Of a stretch of DNA of 64,000 nucleotides, positions 55,686 to 64,000 are shown piece by piece. A program made the position numbers and the translations under genes. The stretch lies in IMG/VR virus record IMGVR_UViG_3300031957_001682, positions 32,001 to 96,000 of that record; one strand, written 5' to 3'. Each line of letters starts with the position of its first letter. Position 1 is the first letter of the stretch. The DNA comes from a virus. The notes beneath the pieces were generated by a model that ran no database searches, was not told the origin of the DNA, and saw only the letters and a list, made by a program, of their open reading frames with translations.

Positions 55686-56018
55686 ATGATTGACACAGAC
55701 AAATACGAAGGACACACAGAAGGAGTATGGGATTTACATTCGATGGGTGATGGTTGGACAATTGGACAATTGAAAAAGATTGACAGAACTTTGATGCAAG
55801 ACGCACCACTTCTCCTTGAAGAAGTCAAGCGTTTGCATTTGTTAAGCGTTCACTATCGTGAAGTAATTTCAAGAGCAATCGCTACACTACTCTCCAACCC
55901 ACCGGAGGAAATGTTTGAATCATCAAGCCCTACTTTGACTCAAGACACAGGTGACCTTGTAGGATTTTACACACAAGCAATGGGACATGCTATCGGAATT
56001 TTGGAGGGAACAGAATGA
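55686..56018 (+). CDS. MIDTDKY-family protein 3
   Basis: MIDTDKYEGHTEGVW...DAPLLLEEVKRL. Confidence 0.7.
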   Translation: MIDTDKYEGHTEGVWDLHSMGDGWTIGQLKKIDRTLMQDAPLLLEEVKRLHLLSVHYREVISRAIATLLSNPPEEMFESSSPTLTQDTGDLVGFYTQAMGHAIGILEGTE

Positions 56019-56284
56019 TTGACACAGACAAATACAAAGGACACACACCTGCGCCGTGGACAGGAGTTACAATCGACACCATGCGTCAATATCCCGATAG
56101 CCCGACCATGATACTTGCACAAGACGCACCACTACTTCTCGCAGAAGTTAAGCGGTTGCGTAAGTTGCGTAAGCAACTTGAGGATTGTAAGCGACAAATA
56201 CAATTTACTGCTGATTGGATAAGGGATAGAGGCGAGGACACTCATGCAAAAGAGTTGGATGAATTTTTGGAGTGGATGGAATGA
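56015..56284 (+). CDS. MIDTDKY-family protein 4
   Basis: MIDTDKYKGHTPAPW...DAPLLLAEVKRLR. Confidence 0.7.
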   Translation: MIDTDKYKGHTPAPWTGVTIDTMRQYPDSPTMILAQDAPLLLAEVKRLRKLRKQLEDCKRQIQFTADWIRDRGEDTHAKELDEFLEWME

Positions 56285-56658
56285 TTGACACAGACAAATA
56301 CGAAGGACATACAAAAGGACCGTGGTTTCTTAATGAAGAATACGCTTACGAGTTATTCATTTGTGCAGGTGATGTAAGGCATGGTAATGTCGAGTTTGTG
56401 TTGAACAACGCTTCCGTAGATGTAAATGCACAACTGTTAGCAGACGCACCACTACTCTTAGAACATGTCAAGCGTTTGACTAAGACACTTGAACTGATAG
56501 GAAAGAACATGGAGTACGACCCATGGATGCACACTCTCATCAAAGATGTGATAGGCTACGAGAAAGCAGAAGTCAAGCAGTTGCGTGAGCGAGTCGCTAC
56601 ATTGGATTCGCTGATGGAATACATTGCGGAAGATTATGAAGAGAAGGTGATTGAATGA
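56281..56658 (+). CDS. MIDTDKY-family protein 5
   Basis: MIDTDKYEGHTKGPW...NAQLLADAPLLLEHVKRL. Confidence 0.7.
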   Translation: MIDTDKYEGHTKGPWFLNEEYAYELFICAGDVRHGNVEFVLNNASVDVNAQLLADAPLLLEHVKRLTKTLELIGKNMEYDPWMHTLIKDVIGYEKAEVKQLRERVATLDSLMEYIAEDYEEKVIE

Positions 56659-56900
56659 ACGACCATCAAGACAGCGAGAACTTTTCTTACAATCGTACAT
56701 GGGTAGAGATTCAAGACCTACTACATGAAGCCGAGCGCAAACAGAACCAACACCTACTCGCACTACAGAACACACGACTCACGAAGAAACAGAAGGTACA
56801 ACACATGAGGGACTTCAAGGGATTGCAGGGTGTCATCCACGCACTACGCTGGACACTCGGTGACCTACACATGCCTCGTGACAAGGTACTTGGAAAGTAA
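56655..56900 (+). CDS. Hypothetical protein
   Basis: AGGTGA RBS; helical, ends ALRWTLG. Confidence 0.6.
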   Translation: MNDHQDSENFSYNRTWVEIQDLLHEAERKQNQHLLALQNTRLTKKQKVQHMRDFKGLQGVIHALRWTLGDLHMPRDKVLGK

Positions 56901-56901
56901 A

Positions 56902-56945
56902 AACAACACTGAAAGCAATTTGATATAAAGAACAAAAGAAACAGA
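56902..56945 (+). promoter_or_regulatory. Early promoter copy 6
   Basis: aacaacactgaaagcaatttgaTATAAAGAACAAAAGAAAC. Confidence 0.75.
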
Positions 56946-56961
56946 AGATGAAACAAACAAA

Positions 56962-58578
56962 ATGGAGATGAATAACATGGCCCGAAAAATAACATATAGA
57001 GCATACAGAAAAGCAGACACATGGCAAGAGCAAGGATTGATTGGTGATACACTACTGTTCACGGATGATGAGATTGTGACACAACAGGCGATTGGGTACA
57101 CCAAACAACTGTGTGATTATAACTGTCCGATGGACATTGCTGTGGTGTACAGCATGTTGAACCGAGGACAAGGTGCTACACCCACAGCAAGGGAACTACT
57201 CAACGACCATACACGAACCGCATATTACTTTGAGGCGGGACTCGTGGCAGATGGTTGGGTGTACGAACCAACAGAAGAATTGTACACTTGTACACCCACC
57301 GTGGACTTCCCTCAATTGGAATACAGTGAAAGTTCATACGGTAATTTAAGACATTCACCTGCGCTTGACCCTGCTAAGTTGGAAGGGTTCATTGCCAAGA
57401 TACTTGAGAAGAAAGATTTGGCACTCATGAATGCACTTCTTGATGCGTACAATTGGGAAGGTGGTCCGAGGTATACTTTCGCAGGGGCCGCACAAGGTGA
57501 CTACAAAGATTTCTTCTTGTTCAAGCGGGATGGTACAGTCAACAACCAACCATTCCAAGACATGATGAAAGCACAGCGTGATGAAGGTGAAACTGTTCGT
57601 GCATCCACAGTCATTGCACTCATCCAAGAGTATGTACCGTGGGAAATTAACACGAATGATAGGTGTGGTCGTTATGCAGACGAGGAAGAATACTGTACTA
57701 CCCACAACCCGAAGAACTTTTACAACAGGGCTTGGGTGTTTAACCCCAACTCCAATAGGCGGTTGTACACAAACGAGCCTGTGAGTTCATGGGATAATCG
57801 TGGTACTCAAATTGGTAAGAACCACAGTGATACAATGTCGATGGTTAGGTTCAGCGACCACAAGCGACGGCTTATCCAAGAGGTCAATGACAAAGAGGTT
57901 CTCAAGTTAATCAACAAGTCATTGACTCGTATGGCAAAGCGTGGTACTGTTCGTCAAGTATCATCGGGCCGAGGGCGCATGTTCGAGTGGACCGCATGGA
58001 CATGGTTAGAGCGTATTCGTACACGCATCCTTGCTTCCAATGCCAAGCAACGAAAGATTGGGGATGAGGTCAATGGTTGGAAGTACACCACTGGAAGAAC
58101 CATCGAGTCATTCGGTATGGAAATCCACGACCATGATTGGCAACCTGTGGAAGACCTATACTACTGGACAATTGAATGCAGGTTCCCATCGACAGACACA
58201 TGGAATGGGCAAAATGGCCGTATGAATAACCAGCGTTTGATTCTCCCGATTGTCTTCTTTGATGAAGCGTCGGCAGAAGCACACATGAGTCAAATGGAAT
58301 CCTTTTCCATGTACTCACCCACAGAAGTAGGGCTTAACTGTGTACCAACACAACGGCTACTCGACAGTGACTACAATGTGTCTTCTCCCGAACCAACTTG
58401 GTCGGTGAAAAAGATTAGTGTGTCTATGTCCGTTGATGGCACCGCTGTCATTGAAGACTACGATACACCACAAGTCATGTACAAAGCAATGCAGATGGGT
58501 AATACATCCGCTTGGGAAAACATGGCCGAATTGCTTCGTGATGTTCCAAGACGACTTACAAAGTTGGTGACACAATGA
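56962..58578 (+). CDS. Large hypothetical protein
   Basis: 538-aa ORF after the promoter; no motif recognised. Confidence 0.7.
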   Translation: MEMNNMARKITYRAYRKADTWQEQGLIGDTLLFTDDEIVTQQAIGYTKQLCDYNCPMDIAVVYSMLNRGQGATPTARELLNDHTRTAYYFEAGLVADGWVYEPTEELYTCTPTVDFPQLEYSESSYGNLRHSPALDPAKLEGFIAKILEKKDLALMNALLDAYNWEGGPRYTFAGAAQGDYKDFFLFKRDGTVNNQPFQDMMKAQRDEGETVRASTVIALIQEYVPWEINTNDRCGRYADEEEYCTTHNPKNFYNRAWVFNPNSNRRLYTNEPVSSWDNRGTQIGKNHSDTMSMVRFSDHKRRLIQEVNDKEVLKLINKSLTRMAKRGTVRQVSSGRGRMFEWTAWTWLERIRTRILASNAKQRKIGDEVNGWKYTTGRTIESFGMEIHDHDWQPVEDLYYWTIECRFPSTDTWNGQNGRMNNQRLILPIVFFDEASAEAHMSQMESFSMYSPTEVGLNCVPTQRLLDSDYNVSSPEPTWSVKKISVSMSVDGTAVIEDYDTPQVMYKAMQMGNTSAWENMAELLRDVPRRLTKLVTQ

Positions 58579-59039
58579 AGAAGATTAACATGGTATCTCA
58601 CGGTACGAACAAACCATTACCGATTGGTGGTGGTACGCTTACACTGTGTGGGCTTGATGACTTTAGGGACACACTGCGGGGCTACCATGAGGTAGTAACC
58701 CTATGTAAGTGGGAACCTACTTACCCGAAGGGGAGTGAGAACAAAGCGTATCACAGTTATTTTCGTGCCTTCCATGATGATGAATCGAAGTGGCGGGATG
58801 CGATACAACTGGTGGAGGTTTTACTTTCACAGGGAAAGGATGTGTTGCTTCATTGTATTCATGGTCGTGACCGGACTGGTGGGGTAGCGTATGTTGTCCT
58901 TCGTAATACCGGCAAGGACCATCGTGAAACATGTACACTACTCAACAAGATTCGACCACGCATGGCGTTGGAATGGAAAACAATAATGCAAGACCGGCGA
59001 GTGTTCCACGAGAGTTTGATGTGGGGTGAAGAAGAATGA
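58575..59039 (+). CDS. Dual-specificity (Cys) phosphatase
   Basis: VLLHCIHGRDRTG CX5R motif; VVTLC; KIRP. Confidence 0.85.
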   Translation: MKKINMVSHGTNKPLPIGGGTLTLCGLDDFRDTLRGYHEVVTLCKWEPTYPKGSENKAYHSYFRAFHDDESKWRDAIQLVEVLLSQGKDVLLHCIHGRDRTGGVAYVVLRNTGKDHRETCTLLNKIRPRMALEWKTIMQDRRVFHESLMWGEEE

Positions 59040-59212
59040 TTAACACAGACAAATACGAAGGATGCACAGACCAAAGGGCAACCGTGTTTGACAAACATGG
59101 GAGTGGTATCGGTGGGTGGATTGATTGCACCCAACAAAAAGGTAGCAAGTCCATAGACTCAGGCAATTGGTGTCGCGCTTGCTTCAAGTATTACGGAGGC
59201 GAAGAAGAATGA
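59036..59212 (+). CDS. MIDTDKY-family protein 6 (58 aa, not in the ORF track)
   Basis: MINTDKYEGC...WCRAC..GGEEE. Confidence 0.6.
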   Translation: MINTDKYEGCTDQRATVFDKHGSGIGGWIDCTQQKGSKSIDSGNWCRACFKYYGGEEE

Positions 59213-59478
59213 TTGACATAGACAAATACGAGAACCACGACATGATACGAATTGCCAAACAACTGTTGATTGAAGACGCACCACTTATCCTTGAAGAACT
59301 CATCAAATACAAGAAGTTGTATGAATACCGTGTCGCTCGGACCCGTGAAAACTGGGCAGAAATCGAGCGGTTGCGTGAGCAACTAAGGCTTGCGAAAGAA
59401 TGGGTAGCGAATGAACATCTAAATTGTCTTTCCACAATGGACATATTTACAGAATACATAGGAGGCGAAGAAGAATGA
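59209..59478 (+). CDS. MIDTDKY-family protein 7
   Basis: MIDIDKYEN...DAPLILEEL...AEIERLR. Confidence 0.65.
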   Translation: MIDIDKYENHDMIRIAKQLLIEDAPLILEELIKYKKLYEYRVARTRENWAEIERLREQLRLAKEWVANEHLNCLSTMDIFTEYIGGEEE

Positions 59479-59678
59479 TTGACGATGCAGGGCAAGAGAT
59501 TGAATTAGGAATGTGGTATAAATTGTTAGAAGAAAAACAAGACCTGCTCGCAGAAGTTAAGCGGTTGCGCTTTCATTTGGAAAGTGTAGTGGATGAATTA
59601 GCAACTCATCTCGGTGACTACGAGAATGAGATGTATGATTGGGTTAGAAAAATGCACAAGTTATATGGAAGTGATTGA
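59475..59678 (+). CDS. MIDTDKY-related protein 8
   Basis: MIDD...LLAEVKRLR. Confidence 0.6.
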   Translation: MIDDAGQEIELGMWYKLLEEKQDLLAEVKRLRFHLESVVDELATHLGDYENEMYDWVRKMHKLYGSD

Positions 59679-59702
59679 ATGATTGACACAACGGAGAAGA
59701 AT

Positions 59703-59745
59703 AACACTGAAAGCAATTTGATATAAAGAACAAAAGAAAAAAGAA
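59703..59745 (+). promoter_or_regulatory. Early promoter copy 7
   Basis: aacactgaaagcaatttgaTATAAAGAACAAAAGAAA. Confidence 0.75.
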
Positions 59746-60822
59746 ATGAAAGAAAACAAAATGGAGATGAATAATATGGCACACAATATAGCACAAACGA
59801 AAGACGCAGAATGGATGACAGCATGGAGCGGTAGTACACCGTGGCATGGCTTAGGAACACAAACAGAAGGACTGATGACAAGTTATGAGGCGTTAGAAAA
59901 AGCGCATCTAAATTGGCAAGTCGAAAAGATACCACTGATGTACATTGATGGTACGAACGGCTTGGAAGTTGTACCGGAAACCTACGGTGTATTCCGCAAC
60001 GATGGAGAGAAACTTGTACCACTGACACGCAACGGCAAAGCAGTGGGCAAGGTATGGAAGGCGTGGCAGAATGCTGATGCCTTCTCCTACATTGACGACC
60101 TCTTCCAAACACAGGAAGGTAAGATTGAGGTTTGCGGTGCGCTTGGTAATGGTGAGAAGGTATGGGTCTTGGCCCGTATGCCAAACAACATCGTGCTTGG
60201 CGGAGTTGACACAATCAATCAGTTCCTCCTTATCACGAACACTCACGATGGCACAGGTTCACTTGTCATCATGCTCACACCTATCCGTGTGGTATGCCAA
60301 AACACATTGAACATGGCACTCCAACAGGGTAGCGATTTCATTTGGCGAGTACGACACACCGGCAAGAAGGGCGAACACTTGGAGGCTATTCAAAAGGTAT
60401 TCAACCAAGCCAACGAAGCCTTCTTTGCATGGGGTGAGCAAGCGGTTGAACTGCTTGACATTGAGATGACATTGGATGAGGCGAAGGAATACTTCATTGA
60501 TACACTACAACTCAAACGCAACGAAGAAACCGGCGACCTCGCCGCTCGTGGAAAGGGTATGCTCAACAAGTGCGTGGCCCTGCTTGCTGGCGACAACAAC
60601 AAGGTCGGCAACATGGAGGGTACAGCATGGGCCGCTTACAATGCACTGACTGAATACATTGACCACCACGCTACTGAACTACGCAACGGTGACAAGAGCA
60701 TCAAGCGTATGGAGAGCGCACTGTTCGGGCTACTGGCACGACGCAAGCAAGCGGCATGGACCAACGCATTCGAGGACTACTCCGAGGCGGCGGCACTACA
60801 AGCAGTGGTGGTTGAAGAATGA
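59746..60822 (+). CDS. DUF932/DUF945-family (phage/plasmid LGT-associated) protein
   Basis: MAHNI...TPWHGLG, LNWQVEK, GALGNGEKVW, TNTHDGTGS, TPIRVVCQNTL, RHT, GTAWAAYNALTEYIDH. Confidence 0.85.
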   Translation: MKENKMEMNNMAHNIAQTKDAEWMTAWSGSTPWHGLGTQTEGLMTSYEALEKAHLNWQVEKIPLMYIDGTNGLEVVPETYGVFRNDGEKLVPLTRNGKAVGKVWKAWQNADAFSYIDDLFQTQEGKIEVCGALGNGEKVWVLARMPNNIVLGGVDTINQFLLITNTHDGTGSLVIMLTPIRVVCQNTLNMALQQGSDFIWRVRHTGKKGEHLEAIQKVFNQANEAFFAWGEQAVELLDIEMTLDEAKEYFIDTLQLKRNEETGDLAARGKGMLNKCVALLAGDNNKVGNMEGTAWAAYNALTEYIDHHATELRNGDKSIKRMESALFGLLARRKQAAWTNAFEDYSEAAALQAVVVEE

Positions 60823-60950
60823 ATGTAATCAAGAGATGCTGTATGGATTGTATCTATACGCTATTTATTTTAGGTAAAGGGCATGTACCATACGACCACA
60901 TGGTTTGTGATGTATGCAACGAAAGAATGGATTTCACGGAGGAAGAGTGA
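60819..60950 (+). CDS. Small Zn-ribbon protein (43 aa, not in the ORF track)
   Basis: CMDC...CDVC; fills the gap exactly. Confidence 0.45.
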   Translation: MNVIKRCCMDCIYTLFILGKGHVPYDHMVCDVCNERMDFTEEE

Positions 60951-61319
60951 ATGTGGGTGGCATTGACAGAAGGCTGGTTGAGCATCGTTGCTCACCGACA
61001 CAAGCCCGACCACTTACTGGTGCGGGCACGCAACCCTAAGCACATCACTCGTACATTCCGTGATGCGGAGTTGTACATCAATACTGACGCAGACTATCCG
61101 TTTCGTGCTGATGTACCACGAGAAGATGTGATTGAGTTCATGTCCCGTCGCTTGGAACACATGTCCTATGACAACTTCAAGAACACAATCGACAAGCAAG
61201 ACTACGGGTACAGGGAAGTGGCGAATACCGTTTGGACTGCCCTGTATCAGTATGGCATACCTTACCGATTCGACAACTCATCATCATACTTCACAGAAGA
61301 TAGCAGTGATTCGATTTGA
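60951..61319 (+). CDS. Conserved-looking phage hypothetical protein
   Basis: MW...GWLSIV...LLVRAR...DYPFR...YDNFK; GGAGG RBS. Confidence 0.65.
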   Translation: MWVALTEGWLSIVAHRHKPDHLLVRARNPKHITRTFRDAELYINTDADYPFRADVPREDVIEFMSRRLEHMSYDNFKNTIDKQDYGYREVANTVWTALYQYGIPYRFDNSSSYFTEDSSDSI

Positions 61320-61345
61320 TATAAAGAACAAAAGAAACGAGAGTT
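61314..61345 (+). promoter_or_regulatory. Early promoter copy 8
   Basis: atttgaTATAAAGAACAAAAGAAACG. Confidence 0.7.
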
Positions 61346-61353
61346 GAGAAACA

Positions 61354-61641
61354 ATGAAAGAAAAACAAATAGAACAAAACATACGAGAGCAAATGCTTGC
61401 TCTTGAATCACAGATGAAACGACTACAAGAGTGGCGTGACACAGGCTACTCCGCTACGGTGTGTGCTGATGATAAACACGCATGGTTTGATATTGATACA
61501 GTGAAACTGAAAGAAGGTATCAGTGTAGTAAGTCAATGTAAGTGGTGCGGTATTAAGCGACATGTGTATTATGCAATGAACGATTCAATTACTCTTAGCG
61601 ATGAGTGGTCGGATTTTAGAGAAGGCGGTGAAGAAGAATGA
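61354..61641 (+). CDS. Small Zn-binding protein
   Basis: C...HAW...CKWCG. Confidence 0.6.
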   Translation: MKEKQIEQNIREQMLALESQMKRLQEWRDTGYSATVCADDKHAWFDIDTVKLKEGISVVSQCKWCGIKRHVYYAMNDSITLSDEWSDFREGGEEE

Positions 61642-61763
61642 ATGAAGAAGAGTGCGCCATTTGTGCAGACGACTACCATGACAGTGACCAGTACATTTGT
61701 GACGATTGCCACAACGAACTTGAGGCACTACAAGCAGACCAACAAGCATCGAGGTGGGACTGA
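61638..61763 (+). CDS. Small Zn-finger protein (41 aa, not in the ORF track)
   Basis: CAIC...ICDDC; coupled on both sides. Confidence 0.5.
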   Translation: MNEEECAICADDYHDSDQYICDDCHNELEALQADQQASRWD

Positions 61764-61996
61764 TGAAGAAAAACAAGCACGATTGGGAAATCGTCGCACA
61801 CGATTTTCGATGCGATGTCATCATAGTTGATGCCAAATGCACGAAGTGTGGAGCATTACAGTACCTAACGGTGGACCTCGACAACCCCTCCGCATCATGT
61901 TGGCAAAGGTGGCACCCGAAATCGGGCGACACCCACTTTGATACAATTGAAGAGGAAGAGGAATGCACTGTGTCATCAAGGAAGGTGGTAGTATGA
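61763..61996 (+). CDS. Small Zn-binding protein
   Basis: HDW...CTKCG; GAGGTG RBS. Confidence 0.55.
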   Translation: MKKNKHDWEIVAHDFRCDVIIVDAKCTKCGALQYLTVDLDNPSASCWQRWHPKSGDTHFDTIEEEEECTVSSRKVVV

Positions 61997-62592
61997 ACAT
62001 CTTCGTACTTGACACCGACCCTACCGTTGCGGCTCACATGCACTGCGACAAGCATGTGCCCAAGATGGTCGTAGAGGCCGCACAGATGATGGCATCAGCC
62101 TTGCGCCGACATGGTGCGACTGATGAGGACATGCCACTCACCAAAGCGGGTAAGCCCTACAAGGGCGGCTACGCTCACCACCCATGCACAGTGTGGGCTG
62201 GTGACAGTCGTGCTAACTTTTGGTGGCTGGCGACACATGCCCAAGCACTATACTGTGCCTACCAATTGAGGTTCGGCAAGAAACATGCGTGTGCTGACCC
62301 TATTGACCAAATGCAAGCACTCGCAGATAGCATTCCCGAATACACAGGGACCAACCACACTGGACTCACACCATTCGCACTGGCTATGCCCGATGAACAC
62401 CGACCTATGTGGGTTAGTGGGCATAAAGGCATCATGTTCCCCGACGACTATGCCGATAAAAGAATTACTCATGCTTCACATCAAACAGCAGTTAAAGCGT
62501 ACCGTCGCTACTACCATTCCAAGCAGTTCGCCAAGTGGGAGAAGGGTACACCTGCTCCCGATTGGTGGCGAGGCGTGGAGGTGAAGGCGTGA
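61993..62592 (+). CDS. Pyrimidine-dimer DNA glycosylase / endonuclease V-like protein
   Basis: MNIFVLDTDP..AA..HCDKHVPKMVVEAAQM, HHPCTVW, TPFALAMP, AYRRYY. Confidence 0.75.
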   Translation: MNIFVLDTDPTVAAHMHCDKHVPKMVVEAAQMMASALRRHGATDEDMPLTKAGKPYKGGYAHHPCTVWAGDSRANFWWLATHAQALYCAYQLRFGKKHACADPIDQMQALADSIPEYTGTNHTGLTPFALAMPDEHRPMWVSGHKGIMFPDDYADKRITHASHQTAVKAYRRYYHSKQFAKWEKGTPAPDWWRGVEVKA

Positions 62593-64000
62593 GAGATTGG
62601 GAGCATGAAGTCTTGATGTTTATTGACAGAACAGGTAGGGATTTTTCCTATGACTATTTTCTTTGGTTGGCAACTAATGCCGCATGGTGCCCTAAGTGTA
62701 ATAAAGTCAATGATGACGAAGGTGGTCCACATATTGGAAACGATGTGATTTGCGATGAATGCGTGGAGGTGACGGCGTGACCGACGCATACCTATTCAGT
62801 GAATGGCAGTGCGGCAACTGCGGTCGTGGCTTCCCCGACAAGAACGATGCAGAAGAATGTTGTAAGGAGGTGACGGCTTGAAGTGCATACCCAAGATGAA
62901 CAGCCGAGCGTATTCTAATACAAGCCAAGTTGATTGGTTGTTGGACATTGACTGTGATACTTGTAGAAGTCGGACATCAATGTGTAGAGTCAAGGTGACA
63001 ATGGATGAGATGGAAGATTGGATTGCTGAACGAGGCGTGGAGGTGAAGGAGTGAAGTGCAATTGTGACGCTTACCCCTTTCAGCATTACAAATACCCCGA
63101 TGGGCTTTGTGATTCGGTGGGGGAATGTTTGCATGAAGAAGATTGTAAATGCGTGGAGGTGACGGTATGAAACCAAAAGTTGAGATAGAGATGCACAGTG
63201 ATGGTACATTATATGTTTGGATATACCACGATGGTAAGAAATATATGAATTGTTGGTGGGAAGAAGATTGGCAAGAATGGGAGGTGACGGCGTGATGTTG
63301 AAGAAAGATTATGAAGAAATGACGAAGGCTCTTATTGATGAATTGAATAGGATTGACCCGAAAGGACATTACATGAATTGCACAGGGAGTCATTCGTACA
63401 ATGCACACCGACAATATGTTGTTGATAGTGTTAGAAGCATCATGAAATCCTATGGCGTGGAGGTGAAGGAGTGATTTACAAATGCAAAGCAAATCAAAAG
63501 ACTTACACTCGTACTAAGAAAAGGAAGAGTGAGAACTATTGGAATGGTCACTTCACTCATGCTACTTCTTATGGAGTATGTTGGAATTGTGGGCAGGGGT
63601 ATTGTTTGAAGAATGAGGTGAAGGCGTGAAGTACGGAGAACTACTTGAAAATATGCTTGCTGAATCTCGTGGTAAAATCACGGCAAGCGTCCTTGCACGC
63701 TATCGCTACCGTTTAGATGAGAGTGATGGGCCATTCTTGGAAGACCCCGACTGGTGGGGTTCTATGCGGGAAGCAAAACAGTTTGAAGAGGCTTGGGATG
63801 ATGTTGAAGAATGGTTTTGCGGTCAGTGCGGCGTACAATACGATGACATAGATTACAAAGCATTCAAGTCTTGGAAAAAGCGTTTTACTCTCAAGGTAGG
63901 TTGGCACACTGATGGTACATGGTCCCACCCGTGGTGTTTCAAACACAAGGGCAAGAAGTACAATATCCAGTGGCCTTCGCTTGATGCAGAAGTGGAGGTG
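62589..64000 (+). other. Array of eight translationally coupled small genes (62589-62780, 62777-62881, 62878-63054, 63051-63170, 63167-63295, 63292-63474, 63471-63629, 63626->64000), mostly Cys/Zn-rich
   Basis: Each complete gene ends EV(K/T)(A/E/V)-stop through a junction (gcgt)GGAGGTGA(a/c)GG(c/a/t)NTGA in which the start of the next gene overlaps the stop; translated by hand. Confidence 0.7.

Noticed and set aside
55266-56310. Repeats of gaatgattgacacagacaaatacgaa as a possible CRISPR array
   Set aside because: Spacing is 150-330 bp and irregular, and each repeat is the start of a coding sequence; no cas genes seen
55266-59690. Diversity-generating retroelement as the source of the variable paralogues
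   Set aside because: No reverse transcriptase in the window and no template/variable repeat pair differing only at adenines
62572-63629. gcgtggaggtgaaggcgtga repeats as CRISPR or attC sites
   Set aside because: Core is the Shine-Dalgarno plus overlapping stop/start; non-palindromic; intervening sequences are ORFs; no integrase in the window

Overview
The whole window reads as part of the genome of a large tailed dsDNA virus (HK97-type capsid, non-contractile-type tail) with archaeal expression signals: GGAGGTGA Shine-Dalgarno sites, BRE+TATA promoters and apparently leaderless starts. Gene content fits a marine Euryarchaeota/Thermoplasmatota (Poseidoniales, 'magrovirus'-like) virus, but that host assignment is inference. 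There are two divergent arms. The left arm (1-42.4 kb, almost all minus strand) is the late/morphogenesis arm: tape measure, tail chaperones, tail tube, adaptor, major capsid, protease/scaffold, a 1978-aa protein with a degenerate ligase domain, portal, LAGLIDADG protein, terminase, a small-GTPase/membrane-protein operon, HMG-CoA lyase and several modular proteins. The right arm (42.9-64 kb, all plus strand) holds early/accessory genes behind 8 copies of one promoter: a PEP-utilising dikinase-like protein, two Cys phosphatases, a HipA/PI-kinase-like kinase, a HARP-SNF2 helicase, DUF932, a pyrimidine-dimer-glycosylase-like gene and arrays of small paralogues. The most striking signal is a recurring ~11-aa tag, (E)P[MF]xxA[WMF]xxLK. 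It occurs about 12-14 times, in late-arm proteins only as far as I can see, and sits in front of unrelated enzyme-like modules (ADP-ribosyltransferase-like, zincin, HNH-like, GNAT-like, Zn ribbons). It ends in the same hydrophobic-hydrophobic-Lys pattern found near the N-termini of the capsid and other head proteins. This suggests a modular, shuffleable capsid-loading and protease-release system for virion-delivered effectors. All functional calls come from motifs read by eye; no database searches were run.
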